Positions 1-8,526 of a stretch of 64,000 bases of DNA are shown here, piece after piece (the first letter of the stretch is position 1; every line of letters begins with the position of its first letter). The notes under the pieces are model-generated. The model ran no database searches, was not told the DNA's origin, and was given only the letters and a program-made list of their open reading frames with translations. Source of the DNA: Patescibacteria group bacterium (GTDB lineage: Bacteria > Patescibacteriota > Minisyncoccia > Phycocordibacterales > PALSA-1337). A program made the translations under genes and the position numbers. The stretch spans positions 10,369 through 74,368 of the forward strand of contig JAZKBV010000001.1 of NCBI GenBank assembly GCA_040388415.1. The letters run 5' to 3'.

Positions 1-1168
1 GAGCGCTCAGGCGACTCTCGCCGACTATTCTCGCGCGCTCACCCCCGAAGAGCTTGCTGTGCAAAAGACAGCTCTCGACACTGCAAAAAAGAATGCGCTC
101 AATGCGGTCCATGATGCATACAGCAAAGCTCAAGGCGCCCTCGTCAATTACACTGACAACTTTTTCACTAATCCCCAAAGCGTCAACCCGAGCATTACGC
201 TCCGTACCGATTCTTCAGCAATTAAAATAGATATAAATACACAACGAGTAGCGGTTTCAGATGCGCTTAGTGCGTGGTCGTCTCGGCTCAATTCGGTGAC
301 ATTTGATAATGTAAATTCTTTTATCGGTGATGTTTCCAAGTATCTCGCAGTAGAAAAGATGTTTATGAGCGACCTTTCGACTATTGCCGGCAAACTGAAT
401 CCTGGGAATTCTGGTATGAGCCAAACACAGATCGATTCTATCAGTACCACGATGAATGCGGGGCTCTCAGCTTTCAATACAGCGGTGGATACGATAACTT
501 CCGCTCAAACCGCGCTCTCAGCTGCTCAGTCGAACTATGATCTGAAGCTTGCGGGCAACTCTTCACAGTCGATCGCTTCCCAGCAGGCAAAGGTCGATCA
601 GGCTCAGGCTAGCGTGAACGATGGTCGCGTCTATTCTCCTATCGATGGCATTATCACCAAGGCAGATCCAAGCGTTGGCGAGTTCGTCGCTGCGGGACAA
701 TCCGGTTTTGCGGTGCAGAGCGATGGTGGTTTCAAGATCGAAGCCTATGTGCCAGAAGCTGATATAGCCAAGGTTGCTTTGGGCAATAAGGCGAATGTTA
801 CCCTCGATGCATATGGTCAGTATGTGCTATTTCCCGCTACAGTGACCGAGATCGATCCAGCGGAGACAGTGCTCGAAGGTGTGCCGACCTACAAAGTGAC
901 ATTGCAGTTCGATAGTCCCGATGCTCGCATCCGTTCTGGCATGACAGCTAATACTGATATCCTTACGCATGAAGTTGATGATGTGGTCACAGTGCCTACG
1001 CGCGCAGTCGTCGATGATAGCGGCAATAAAACTATCCGTATCGTGAATAGCGATGGTAAGACATATAGCAGCGTTGGTGTGACTGTCGGTCTCAAGGGTT
1101 CAGATGGCACGACGCAGATCCTTACTGGAGTCAGTGTGGGTGATAAGGTGGTTACGTATGTAAAGTAA
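1..1168 (+). CDS. Efflux transporter periplasmic adaptor subunit (HlyD/MacA/YknX-like membrane fusion protein), 5' end outside window
   Basis: The reading frame is open from nt 2, so the GTG at 59 is probably internal. It has a coiled-coil region, and its beta-barrel/lipoyl-like C-terminal half is typical of the HlyD family. It lies directly upstream of an ABC ATPase and FtsX permease pair, the same order as the second operon at 20737..24487. Confidence 0.7.
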   Translation, partial: SAQATLADYSRALTPEELAVQKTALDTAKKNALNAVHDAYSKAQGALVNYTDNFFTNPQSVNPSITLRTDSSAIKIDINTQRVAVSDALSAWSSRLNSVTFDNVNSFIGDVSKYLAVEKMFMSDLSTIAGKLNPGNSGMSQTQIDSISTTMNAGLSAFNTAVDTITSAQTALSAAQSNYDLKLAGNSSQSIASQQAKVDQAQASVNDGRVYSPIDGIITKADPSVGEFVAAGQSGFAVQSDGGFKIEAYVPEADIAKVALGNKANVTLDAYGQYVLFPATVTEIDPAETVLEGVPTYKVTLQFDSPDARIRSGMTANTDILTHEVDDVVTVPTRAVVDDSGNKTIRIVNSDGKTYSSVGVTVGLKGSDGTTQILTGVSVGDKVVTYVK

Positions 1169-1178
1169 TTTAAGAAGA

Positions 1179-2201
1179 ATGAAAAGCACGCCTTATATTC
1201 AACATGTCGGTAAGGTGATAGAAACTGGTGGAAAATTCACTCATGTAATGGCGGTAGCTCTGGATCCAATTTCAAACTATAAGGAAGGGATCATTCGCTG
1301 CATCACTAGCAGAGAGGGTGATGTCACGGTAAGTGGATATGTAGACAGAAGCGAGATATGGAAAATAAAAGGCGATTCTCTTGAAAAGTTTTCCATAACT
1401 GAGCTGTTAAAAATAAGTGGGACAGAGGAAATTATACATGATCTTTCTTCGGAGAACCTTGAATTTATCGGCTTTGAAGATCCTGATATATTTGTTGATG
1501 AAATAAAAAATCTTACTCATATATACTTCACACTTCCTTTTCTTAATAAAAAGGAAAAACATGCTCTCGTGCATCTCGGTCATGCTGTCGGTAAAAACCT
1601 TGACTCATTGGTTATGACTGAGCCGGTCCTTTTAGGAAACTCAAAAACATATGCTGGCGCAAAAGAAGTTTCGATAGCACCGATCAATAGTCGGGGATTA
1701 AGACTTAATTTATTTGAATCAAGTAAAAAAGAAGCAGATTTTACTTATTCGATTATTCAGGTCGCTGTTGTGGAAGATATGAGTAAGCCTTGGAAAAGTG
1801 GTGACATCGTTTTTCACCCCAAAGAACATAATATCCCATGGATTGGTGGACATGCATCACCGGGACCATTATTGCCTAAGTCATTTATTGATATCGGTGA
1901 AGGAAAAGTGCTCGGTATTATGAATGGTCGTGAGGCGAATCAGAAAGTTGGCGATCAGACCAAGTACGGCATGTTTTCGGTCGGGTTATTCATCTATGAT
2001 TATGAGAATGGAAAAATCGACTGGGTATCGCCTGAGCCGCTTATTCAAGATACTGAAGCCGTGACGATCACTTTTGCAAGCCAATTCATCGAAACAAAAG
2101 CTGGCGAGGGTATTTTGTACGCTCATGTTGACGATTCATTTGTGCGGGCATATACGCTTTTTGCTGATGGCATCAAACAACAGCTTCCAGTGCTACAATA
2201 A
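1179..2201 (+). CDS. Hypothetical protein (AT-rich ORF inserted between adaptor and ATPase genes; possibly beta-propeller/glycosidase-like fold, unverified)
   Basis: It is a 340 aa intact ORF and is clearly AT-richer than its neighbours. I recognise no family motif with certainty. It lies between the HlyD and ABC ATPase genes, a position that is empty in the paralogous operon. Confidence 0.45.
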   Translation: MKSTPYIQHVGKVIETGGKFTHVMAVALDPISNYKEGIIRCITSREGDVTVSGYVDRSEIWKIKGDSLEKFSITELLKISGTEEIIHDLSSENLEFIGFEDPDIFVDEIKNLTHIYFTLPFLNKKEKHALVHLGHAVGKNLDSLVMTEPVLLGNSKTYAGAKEVSIAPINSRGLRLNLFESSKKEADFTYSIIQVAVVEDMSKPWKSGDIVFHPKEHNIPWIGGHASPGPLLPKSFIDIGEGKVLGIMNGREANQKVGDQTKYGMFSVGLFIYDYENGKIDWVSPEPLIQDTEAVTITFASQFIETKAGEGILYAHVDDSFVRAYTLFADGIKQQLPVLQ

Positions 2202-2206
2202 ATACT

Positions 2207-2938
2207 ATGCCGACCACTCCCAACATCATCGAAGTAAAAAATCTCAAGAAAGCCTACCACGATGGCACCACTGAAACCGTCGCTCTTTCGGGCGTTACCT
2301 TCAATGTGCGCAAAGGGGAGTTCGTCGCCATCATGGGTCCATCAGGATCGGGCAAGTCGACGCTTCTGCACCTTCTCGGTCTCCTCGACACGCCGACGAG
2401 CGGACACTATTCTTTCAATGGAAAACAAGTCACCTCATATTCTGGCGATGAGCTCGCCCAACTTCGAAACAAAGAGATTGGTTTCGTATTTCAATCATTC
2501 AACCTCCTTGCACGCACGACAGTTCTCGAAAACGTGAAGCTACCGCTTGTATACTCAGATGTCCCTGAACATGAGTGGAATGCGCGCGCTGTAAAAGCGA
2601 TCGAAGATGTTGGTCTCGGTCACCGTATCGATCATCATCAAGCTGAACTCTCTGGCGGCGAGCGTCAGCGCGTAGCGATCGCTCGCGCGCTCGTGACTGA
2701 TCCAGAAGTCATCTTTGCTGATGAGCCTACAGGAAACCTCGATTCAAAGTCAGGCAAGATCGTCATGTCTATCATCCAAAAGCTCAATGAAAAAGAGGGC
2801 AAGACGATCGTGCTCATCACTCACGAGACATCTACCGCTGAGCATTCAGAGCGCATCATCCGTCTCATGGATGGGGAACTGGAGAGCGATACGCCAGTGA
2901 AGAATCGATTGACGGCTGACGATGAGTACATCAAGTAG
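2207..2938 (+). CDS. ABC transporter ATP-binding protein, MacB/LolD/YknY-like
   Basis: Walker [13 protein letters not shown] signature [15 protein letters not shown] and Walker [12 protein letters not shown] are all present. Confidence 0.9.
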   Translation: MPTTPNIIEVKNLKKAYHDGTTETVALSGVTFNVRKGEFVAIMGPSGSGKSTLLHLLGLLDTPTSGHYSFNGKQVTSYSGDELAQLRNKEIGFVFQSFNLLARTTVLENVKLPLVYSDVPEHEWNARAVKAIEDVGLGHRIDHHQAELSGGERQRVAIARALVTDPEVIFADEPTGNLDSKSGKIVMSIIQKLNEKEGKTIVLITHETSTAEHSERIIRLMDGELESDTPVKNRLTADDEYIK

Positions 2939-2964
2939 AACGTAACATGAATGCAGCAAATTAA

Positions 2965-4203
2965 ATGAACCTCAAACACACTTTTAAAACTTCACTGACC
3001 GGACTAACGACGAATCGCTCTCGTTCGGCTTTGACGATCTTGGGTATTGTGATCGGTATCACCGCCATCATGCTCGTCATCTCTCTCGGCGGGGGAGCAC
3101 AGGCTTTGATCCTTGGACAGGTACAAGGGTTGGGTACGAACACTATCGCTATCATCCCTGGACGTGAACCGACTGGTCCATCAGATGTGAGCGCGCTCTA
3201 TAGTGATTCACTCAAGCTCAAAGACCTCACCGCGCTCCAAAACAAAGCCAATGTGCCTGACATCAAATCGATCATGCCAGTGGTCATTAGTGGTGGCACC
3301 GCTTCGTATGACGTGAACGCATATCAAGTTTCTATTTTCGGTGCGACTGAGTTTATGGCAGATATTTTCGATCTGCATCCAGACCGCGGTGAATTTTTCT
3401 CAAGTGATGATGTGATCTCAAGAAATGATGTCGTAGTCATCGGCTCAAAAGTCGCGGAGCATCTTTTCGGTAGCGACAATCCAGTGGGGCAGAAAATGAA
3501 AATAAAAGGCAGGAATTTTAAAGTAGTGGGGACTTTGCCATCAACTGGTGGTGGGTCATTATTCAACTTCGATCAAATGACCTTGATACCATATACCACT
3601 GCCCAAGATTATCTTTTGGGTATCAAGTGGTTTAGTCGTATCATCATTCAGACTCAAACGGACGATCAGGTGCCTGCGGCTGCAGTTGATATACAGAGAA
3701 CATTGCGCGACTCTCATAATATAACAGATCCGACTAAGGATGATTTCACTGTTCAGACGCAGCAGGATCTTGCGAACCGTTTGAGTACAATCACCGGTGC
3801 GCTGACGTGGTTCTTGGTCGCCGTCGCTTCGATTGCGCTGTTCGTAGGTGGCGTAGGCATCATGAATATCATGCTCGTTTCGGTCACTGAACGCACGCGT
3901 GAGATTGGTCTTCGTAAAGCGCTTGGTGCCACTGATCGCGATATCCTCTCTCAGTTTTTACTTGAGGCGGTCTTGCTCACTGCTATTGGGGGATTGGTCG
4001 GCATTATTCTCGGCGCATCGCTCGCATTTATCATCGCAATCATTCTGTCGAAGGGACTTGGGGTGAACTGGCAGTTCATCTTCCCGTGGAGTGGCGCAAT
4101 CCTTGGTCTTGTTGTGTCAGGGTTGATCGGTCTCATATTTGGCGGATATCCTGCGAGCCAAGCTTCAAAGAAGAGCCCGATCGAGGCACTGAGATATGAA
4201 TAA
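2965..4203 (+). CDS. ABC transporter permease, FtsX/MacB family
   Basis: It has an N-terminal TM helix, a large extracytoplasmic domain and a C-terminal FtsX domain containing the TERTREIGLRKALGA motif. Confidence 0.9.
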   Translation: MNLKHTFKTSLTGLTTNRSRSALTILGIVIGITAIMLVISLGGGAQALILGQVQGLGTNTIAIIPGREPTGPSDVSALYSDSLKLKDLTALQNKANVPDIKSIMPVVISGGTASYDVNAYQVSIFGATEFMADIFDLHPDRGEFFSSDDVISRNDVVVIGSKVAEHLFGSDNPVGQKMKIKGRNFKVVGTLPSTGGGSLFNFDQMTLIPYTTAQDYLLGIKWFSRIIIQTQTDDQVPAAAVDIQRTLRDSHNITDPTKDDFTVQTQQDLANRLSTITGALTWFLVAVASIALFVGGVGIMNIMLVSVTERTREIGLRKALGATDRDILSQFLLEAVLLTAIGGLVGIILGASLAFIIAIILSKGLGVNWQFIFPWSGAILGLVVSGLIGLIFGGYPASQASKKSPIEALRYE

Positions 4204-4217
4204 GGTATAATAAATAC

Positions 4218-4670
4218 ATGCCATATACATTTGACATAGCATTGATTCATTTTTTCCGTAAAATATCTGTGCCTGTGGCGCGCTTTGGTTTATTCGTTGT
4301 TTTCTTTTGGTTCGGTATTTTGAAAGTTCTGGGCTTAAGTCCTGCGACACCGCTCGTGCAGGCACTTTTCGAGCAGACGATTTCCTTTATGAGCTTCCCG
4401 ACATTTCTTGTCTTATTCGGTCTGTTTGAATGTTTGATTGGTCTCCTATTTTTGATCAAAGGGTATGAGCGCGTAGTCATACCATTGCTTTTTGTTCACA
4501 TGGTGACCACGTTTATGCCATTGATATTGTTGCCGAGTGAGACGTGGCAGTCATTTATGGTGCCAACATTGGAAGGGCAGTATATTATCAAAAATTTGGT
4601 CATCATTGCTGCTGCTATAGGTATTGCTTCACATTTGCATCCACTGAGGCATCATTTGACGAAAAAATAA
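4218..4670 (+). CDS. Small integral membrane protein (YkgB/DUF417-like), hypothetical
   Basis: It is a 150 aa protein with four predicted hydrophobic helices. Confidence 0.45.
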   Translation: MPYTFDIALIHFFRKISVPVARFGLFVVFFWFGILKVLGLSPATPLVQALFEQTISFMSFPTFLVLFGLFECLIGLLFLIKGYERVVIPLLFVHMVTTFMPLILLPSETWQSFMVPTLEGQYIIKNLVIIAAAIGIASHLHPLRHHLTKK

Positions 4671-4767
4671 TCGCAGACAGATAGGTTATATATGCAAGGC
4701 GAGGACGTAAGGGGTGCGTGTTTTTTGTTGAGTGGATTGGTGGCACATAAAGAAAATTTGTATGTAC

Positions 4768-4793
4768 AATAAATAAGATTGAGTCTTATTTAC
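4768..4793. promoter_or_regulatory. Candidate Fur/Zur-box operator: imperfect palindrome AATAAATAAGA-N5-TCTTATTTAC; second half-site AGTCTTATTTAG at 4836..4847
   Basis: I read an AT-rich inverted repeat 70-95 nt upstream of the Fur-family gene start. Confidence 0.3.
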
Positions 4794-4862
4794 TTAAAAT
4801 TATATGCTGAATATTTCAATAGTAATTGCAACACAGTCTTATTTAGTGTACAGTGACATTTC

Positions 4863-5324
4863 ATGATACGGCGCATTCCTGATGACAATTCAAATAGCAA
4901 AATAAAGGACAGGCCATTTTCTCATATGTTATGGTCAGTTCGGCTTAAGGCGACCCCGGGCCGAATAGCTTTGTTGCGCACACTCAGTTTAGAGAAGCAT
5001 CCTTTAACTGTATTAGAAATCAGAAAAAAGATCGCCGCTTTGGACAGATCATCACTATTTAGGATATTGGAAAGTCTCGTTAAGGCCAATCTAATACATC
5101 GTATCAATTTCGGGTCGGCAGATTCTTTGTATGAAATGACCTATGGAAGAAAACATCATCATCATATTATTTGCACCACGTGCGGTGACATTGAAGATGT
5201 GGAGAGTTTAGAAAAATGCCCAGTACGGAAAATAACAGAATATGTCGCAAGTGAATCAAAAAAGTTTACTGTTATACACAATCATTCGCTTGAATTCTTT
5301 GGTCTCTGTAAAAAGTGCGATTAA
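4863..5324 (+). CDS. Fur family transcriptional regulator (Zur-like)
   Basis: It has a winged-helix N-terminus and a C-terminal metal-binding region with HHHH.C..C and C..C pairs. It lies immediately upstream of a ZIP transporter. Confidence 0.8.
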   Translation: MIRRIPDDNSNSKIKDRPFSHMLWSVRLKATPGRIALLRTLSLEKHPLTVLEIRKKIAALDRSSLFRILESLVKANLIHRINFGSADSLYEMTYGRKHHHHIICTTCGDIEDVESLEKCPVRKITEYVASESKKFTVIHNHSLEFFGLCKKCD

Positions 5325-5356
5325 TAAAATTACTAACAAACTATAACTCAATTACC

Positions 5357-6070
5357 ATGCTTATCCTCATTGCTCTCAGCGCGCTTGCAGCCACATTTCT
5401 CGGAGGTCTTTTTGCCCTCAAGCTTCGCGATAAACTCCACCTCATCCTCGGCTTCTCAGCAGGCGCAGTTATTGCCGTCGCATTCTTTGACCTCATGCCA
5501 GAAGCGCTCGAGCTAGGCTCAGGATTTTATTCAAGTAACACGATCCTCACCATTGTCGCGATTGGCTTTATCATCTATCTCATATTAGATCGTCTTGTTT
5601 TTATCCACGCGCATGCCCACGAAGATCATGAGGCCGCCGATAATCGAGGCATTCTCGGTGCCGCCAGCCTTTCGACTCATAGCTTCCTCGATGGCATCGC
5701 TATCGGCCTTGCGTTTCAAGTCTCGTCAGCTGTTGGTATCGTTGTCACAATAGCTGTGCTCACTCATGACTTTTCTGATGGTATCAACACGGTCAATATG
5801 ATCTTGAAAAATGGAGGTACTCGCACCAAAGCTTTTCGCTGGTTGATCATTGATGCTGTAGCGCCAGTGCTCGGTATCGTTTCAACACTTTTCTTTACGG
5901 TACCTGCTCAAGGCCTCGCCATCATCCTTGCGCTCTTCTCAGGCTTCTTCCTCTACATCGGCGCGAGCGATCTCATCCCTGAGAGCCACCACGTTCACCC
6001 AAAGTTCCTTACTACTTTCATGACCATCCTCGGCGCTGGTGTGCTCTATCTCGCCATCAGTGTGATTTAG
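5357..6070 (+). CDS. ZIP family metal (zinc) transporter, ZupT-like
   Basis: It is multi-pass, with a His-rich loop HAHAHEDHE and the conserved HSF.DG.A.G motif. I place the start at the ATG at 5357, just after the Fur stop. Confidence 0.8.
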   Translation: MLILIALSALAATFLGGLFALKLRDKLHLILGFSAGAVIAVAFFDLMPEALELGSGFYSSNTILTIVAIGFIIYLILDRLVFIHAHAHEDHEAADNRGILGAASLSTHSFLDGIAIGLAFQVSSAVGIVVTIAVLTHDFSDGINTVNMILKNGGTRTKAFRWLIIDAVAPVLGIVSTLFFTVPAQGLAIILALFSGFFLYIGASDLIPESHHVHPKFLTTFMTILGAGVLYLAISVI

Positions 6071-6101
6071 CAAAATCAGTCACAGGTGATATAATTCGCC
6101 C

Positions 6102-7424
6102 ATGATCAAACCTCGTATACTCATCCTTGGTGCCGGGTTCGGTGGCATGTATGTTGCGCGCGCATTGAAATCTCTCGTTAAAAAAGGCGAGATCGAAGTG
6201 ACTATCGTCAACGAAACGAACTATTTTCTCTTCACACCGCTCTTGCATGAAGTAGCAACTGGCGCGCTTGCACCACAGTCCGTAGCAGAACCGCTCCGCG
6301 AGATATTTGCAGGCACGGGAGTCAAGATCTGTCAGGGCACCGTGACCTCTATCGACCGCGAGCATCGAATGGTCACCGTTCTTGGTGACGTGAATGGTGA
6401 TGATGTGCATCATCGTGTGAAGCATGACATCACCTATGATTTTCTCGTCATCGCTACAGGTGCAACCACGAACTATTACAATATTCCTGGTGCAGATATT
6501 CATACGTATCCGCTCAAAACATTGGCAGATGCAGCCGAGATCCGTCGTCGTGTGATCGACTCATTCGAAGAGGCAATACTCTGCGATGATCCAATCATTC
6601 GTGCGCGACTTCTTTCATTTGTTGTGGTGGGTGGGGGTCCTACTGGTATTGAGATTGTTTCTGAACTCGCTGAGCTCATCAAAGGCATGGTCAAACGCTA
6701 TTATCATGATACTAAGTGCACACCAAACGAAGCGGGCAGTTGTAGTCCTGAGGAGCCGACCGTTACGCTCATCCATGCAGGTCCAGAGCTGCTCCAGCAG
6801 TTCAGTCCGACGCTTCGTCAATCAGCAGCGGATAAGCTCAAAGAAGCAGGTGTTCAACTTCTACTCAACGCGACAGTGATCAATGTTAGTCCACGCGGTT
6901 TGGAGTTGGCGAACAATACGACCGTGTCTGCTTCAACTGTCATTTGGGCAGCAGGTGTCAAACCGATCATTCCTCCCTTTGTCGGTGACATGCCAGCGCT
7001 CATCGGTGGACGTTTGGTTGTAGACGAATATTTCCGTCTCGGTGGCGATGAGCGCATCTTCGCTCTCGGTGATGTGGCTGGCTATATCGATCCCGCGCAT
7101 ACGACCGCAGAAAAGCCAATGACTATGCCGATGCTCGCTCAAGTTGCCGTCGGACAGTCTCGCCTTGTGGCAAAAAATATTCGCGCATTCGCGAAAGGAA
7201 AGAAAATGAAGAAGTTCGAGTATCATTCAAAAGGTTCGATGGTCTCGGTGGGGCAGTGGTTCGCTATTGGTGAGATCTTCTCTATGAAGATAACGGGACG
7301 TCTGACGTGGTGGCTCTGGCGCACGGTGTACCTCTTCAAGTTTATCTCATGGAAAAAACGTTTGCGCATCGTCATCGACTGGACACTCGACGCATTCTAC
7401 CCAAGAGATATTACGAAGTTATAA
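6102..7424 (+). CDS. Type II NADH dehydrogenase (NDH-2), FAD-dependent pyridine nucleotide-disulfide oxidoreductase
   Basis: Two Rossmann motifs are present: ILGAGFGG (FAD-binding) and VVVGGGPTGIE (NAD-binding). Confidence 0.85.
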   Translation: MIKPRILILGAGFGGMYVARALKSLVKKGEIEVTIVNETNYFLFTPLLHEVATGALAPQSVAEPLREIFAGTGVKICQGTVTSIDREHRMVTVLGDVNGDDVHHRVKHDITYDFLVIATGATTNYYNIPGADIHTYPLKTLADAAEIRRRVIDSFEEAILCDDPIIRARLLSFVVVGGGPTGIEIVSELAELIKGMVKRYYHDTKCTPNEAGSCSPEEPTVTLIHAGPELLQQFSPTLRQSAADKLKEAGVQLLLNATVINVSPRGLELANNTTVSASTVIWAAGVKPIIPPFVGDMPALIGGRLVVDEYFRLGGDERIFALGDVAGYIDPAHTTAEKPMTMPMLAQVAVGQSRLVAKNIRAFAKGKKMKKFEYHSKGSMVSVGQWFAIGEIFSMKITGRLTWWLWRTVYLFKFISWKKRLRIVIDWTLDAFYPRDITKL

Positions 7425-7426
7425 AA

Positions 7427-7462
7427 AAACCCGGCCTCATCTTGTGGATGAACCGGGGTTTG
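7427..7462. terminator. Bidirectional rho-independent terminator between convergent genes
   Basis: The sequence AAAAAAACCCGGCC...GAACCGGGGTTT forms a GC stem flanked by A-runs and T-runs. Confidence 0.5.
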
Positions 7463-7465
7463 TGT

Positions 7466-8326
7466 CTACCAATTATGCGGATGCCAACTGACACCAAGTT
7501 GAGCGAACGTTACACCTTCGTTGGTCGAAACGTTTACGAAGACGATGTCATCATTCGCACTGGCGCCGAACGAGTGAGAGAGAGTGGCGGACCAATTGGG
7601 CTCATGATTGCCATTGTGCATGTCAGTGAGCTTGTATGAACTACCAACCACGAACATTGATCTCCTTGGCAACATGAATGTGAGTTGCTCATCAACTGTC
7701 GATCTGAGAAGAATCGGATCATAGCGACACCGTATGAGGCCGAGTATCAGTGGATCCTTGGCATTGAGATGTCCCGCCCTGAATCCTCCCCAGACGTATC
7801 CATCGAGAGGACGGAAGCCTCCTAACAATATGCCATTCGAGCGCATCTCAGTGAGCCACGATGTTTGTGCCGCAATCGGTGTTAGTCCGACTGGATTGAT
7901 CGATTCCTCGGTCGTCCGGGCGAAAGTGCCGACAAGCAGATTTTCGATCCAACTTTTTGAATCAAATATCCCAGGCAGTTGGATCAAGCTTTCGCGGAGA
8001 GCATTCCTGGTTGAACGCATGAATGCGCCTCGGAAAGCACTGGCATAGCTGACGTTGAGGTCCTTGCCTTGGTCGTCTTCGTGGAGCCAATGGATGGTTG
8101 ATTGCCAACCAAAGGTGTCGGAGAAGATGACTGCGCTGCGTGTATTGAATTCATCCCGCATGATCTCGGGCCACGTTTGAGCGATCGGTGGCGCTTGAAG
8201 CAGGGGATAGTTGAGGGACGTGCCTGGGGAACTGACGACACTGTTTGTCGTTGTCGCCCAGGCTACCGTGTGTGAGATGACCAATAAACAGGCCGTATAA
8301 AAGGCCTTATAAAGGTTATTTTTCAT
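7466..8326 (-). CDS. Hypothetical secreted protein
   Basis: The ORF runs to 8368 starting with TTG. The ATG at 8326 gives a signal-peptide-like N-terminus, MKNNLYKAFYTACLLVISHTVAWA. Confidence 0.5.
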   Translation of the reverse strand: MKNNLYKAFYTACLLVISHTVAWATTTNSVVSSPGTSLNYPLLQAPPIAQTWPEIMRDEFNTRSAVIFSDTFGWQSTIHWLHEDDQGKDLNVSYASAFRGAFMRSTRNALRESLIQLPGIFDSKSWIENLLVGTFARTTEESINPVGLTPIAAQTSWLTEMRSNGILLGGFRPLDGYVWGGFRAGHLNAKDPLILGLIRCRYDPILLRSTVDEQLTFMLPRRSMFVVGSSYKLTDMHNGNHEPNWSATLSHSFGASANDDIVFVNVSTNEGVTFAQLGVSWHPHNW

Positions 8327-8526
8327 AATCTTAAGGAGGTGGAGGTTGGTTGTGGTATTTGACTGCAAAAGATCAGGGAACTCGTCGTATCATAGCTCTA
8401 TCCAGAGGGATAACAAGGGGGTAGGTTCATATCCTGTGGATGCGCTTTTGGAGGGGGTGTGGTAGCAATTTTTGCTCAAATTTCACTCAAAATCAGCCTA
8501 AATTTATCTGTTATACTTGTACCTAT

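Noticed and set aside
7307-7639. 110 aa plus-strand ORF overlapping the end of NDH-2 and the convergent minus-strand gene
   Set aside because: It overlaps two better-supported genes and spans the intergenic terminator. I take it to be spurious.
8440-8526. Upstream extension of the P-type ATPase ORF (MRFWRGCGSNF...)
   Set aside because: The extension is Cys- and Phe-rich and looks nonsensical. The ATG at 8527 begins the expected cytoplasmic N-terminus followed by the first TM helix.
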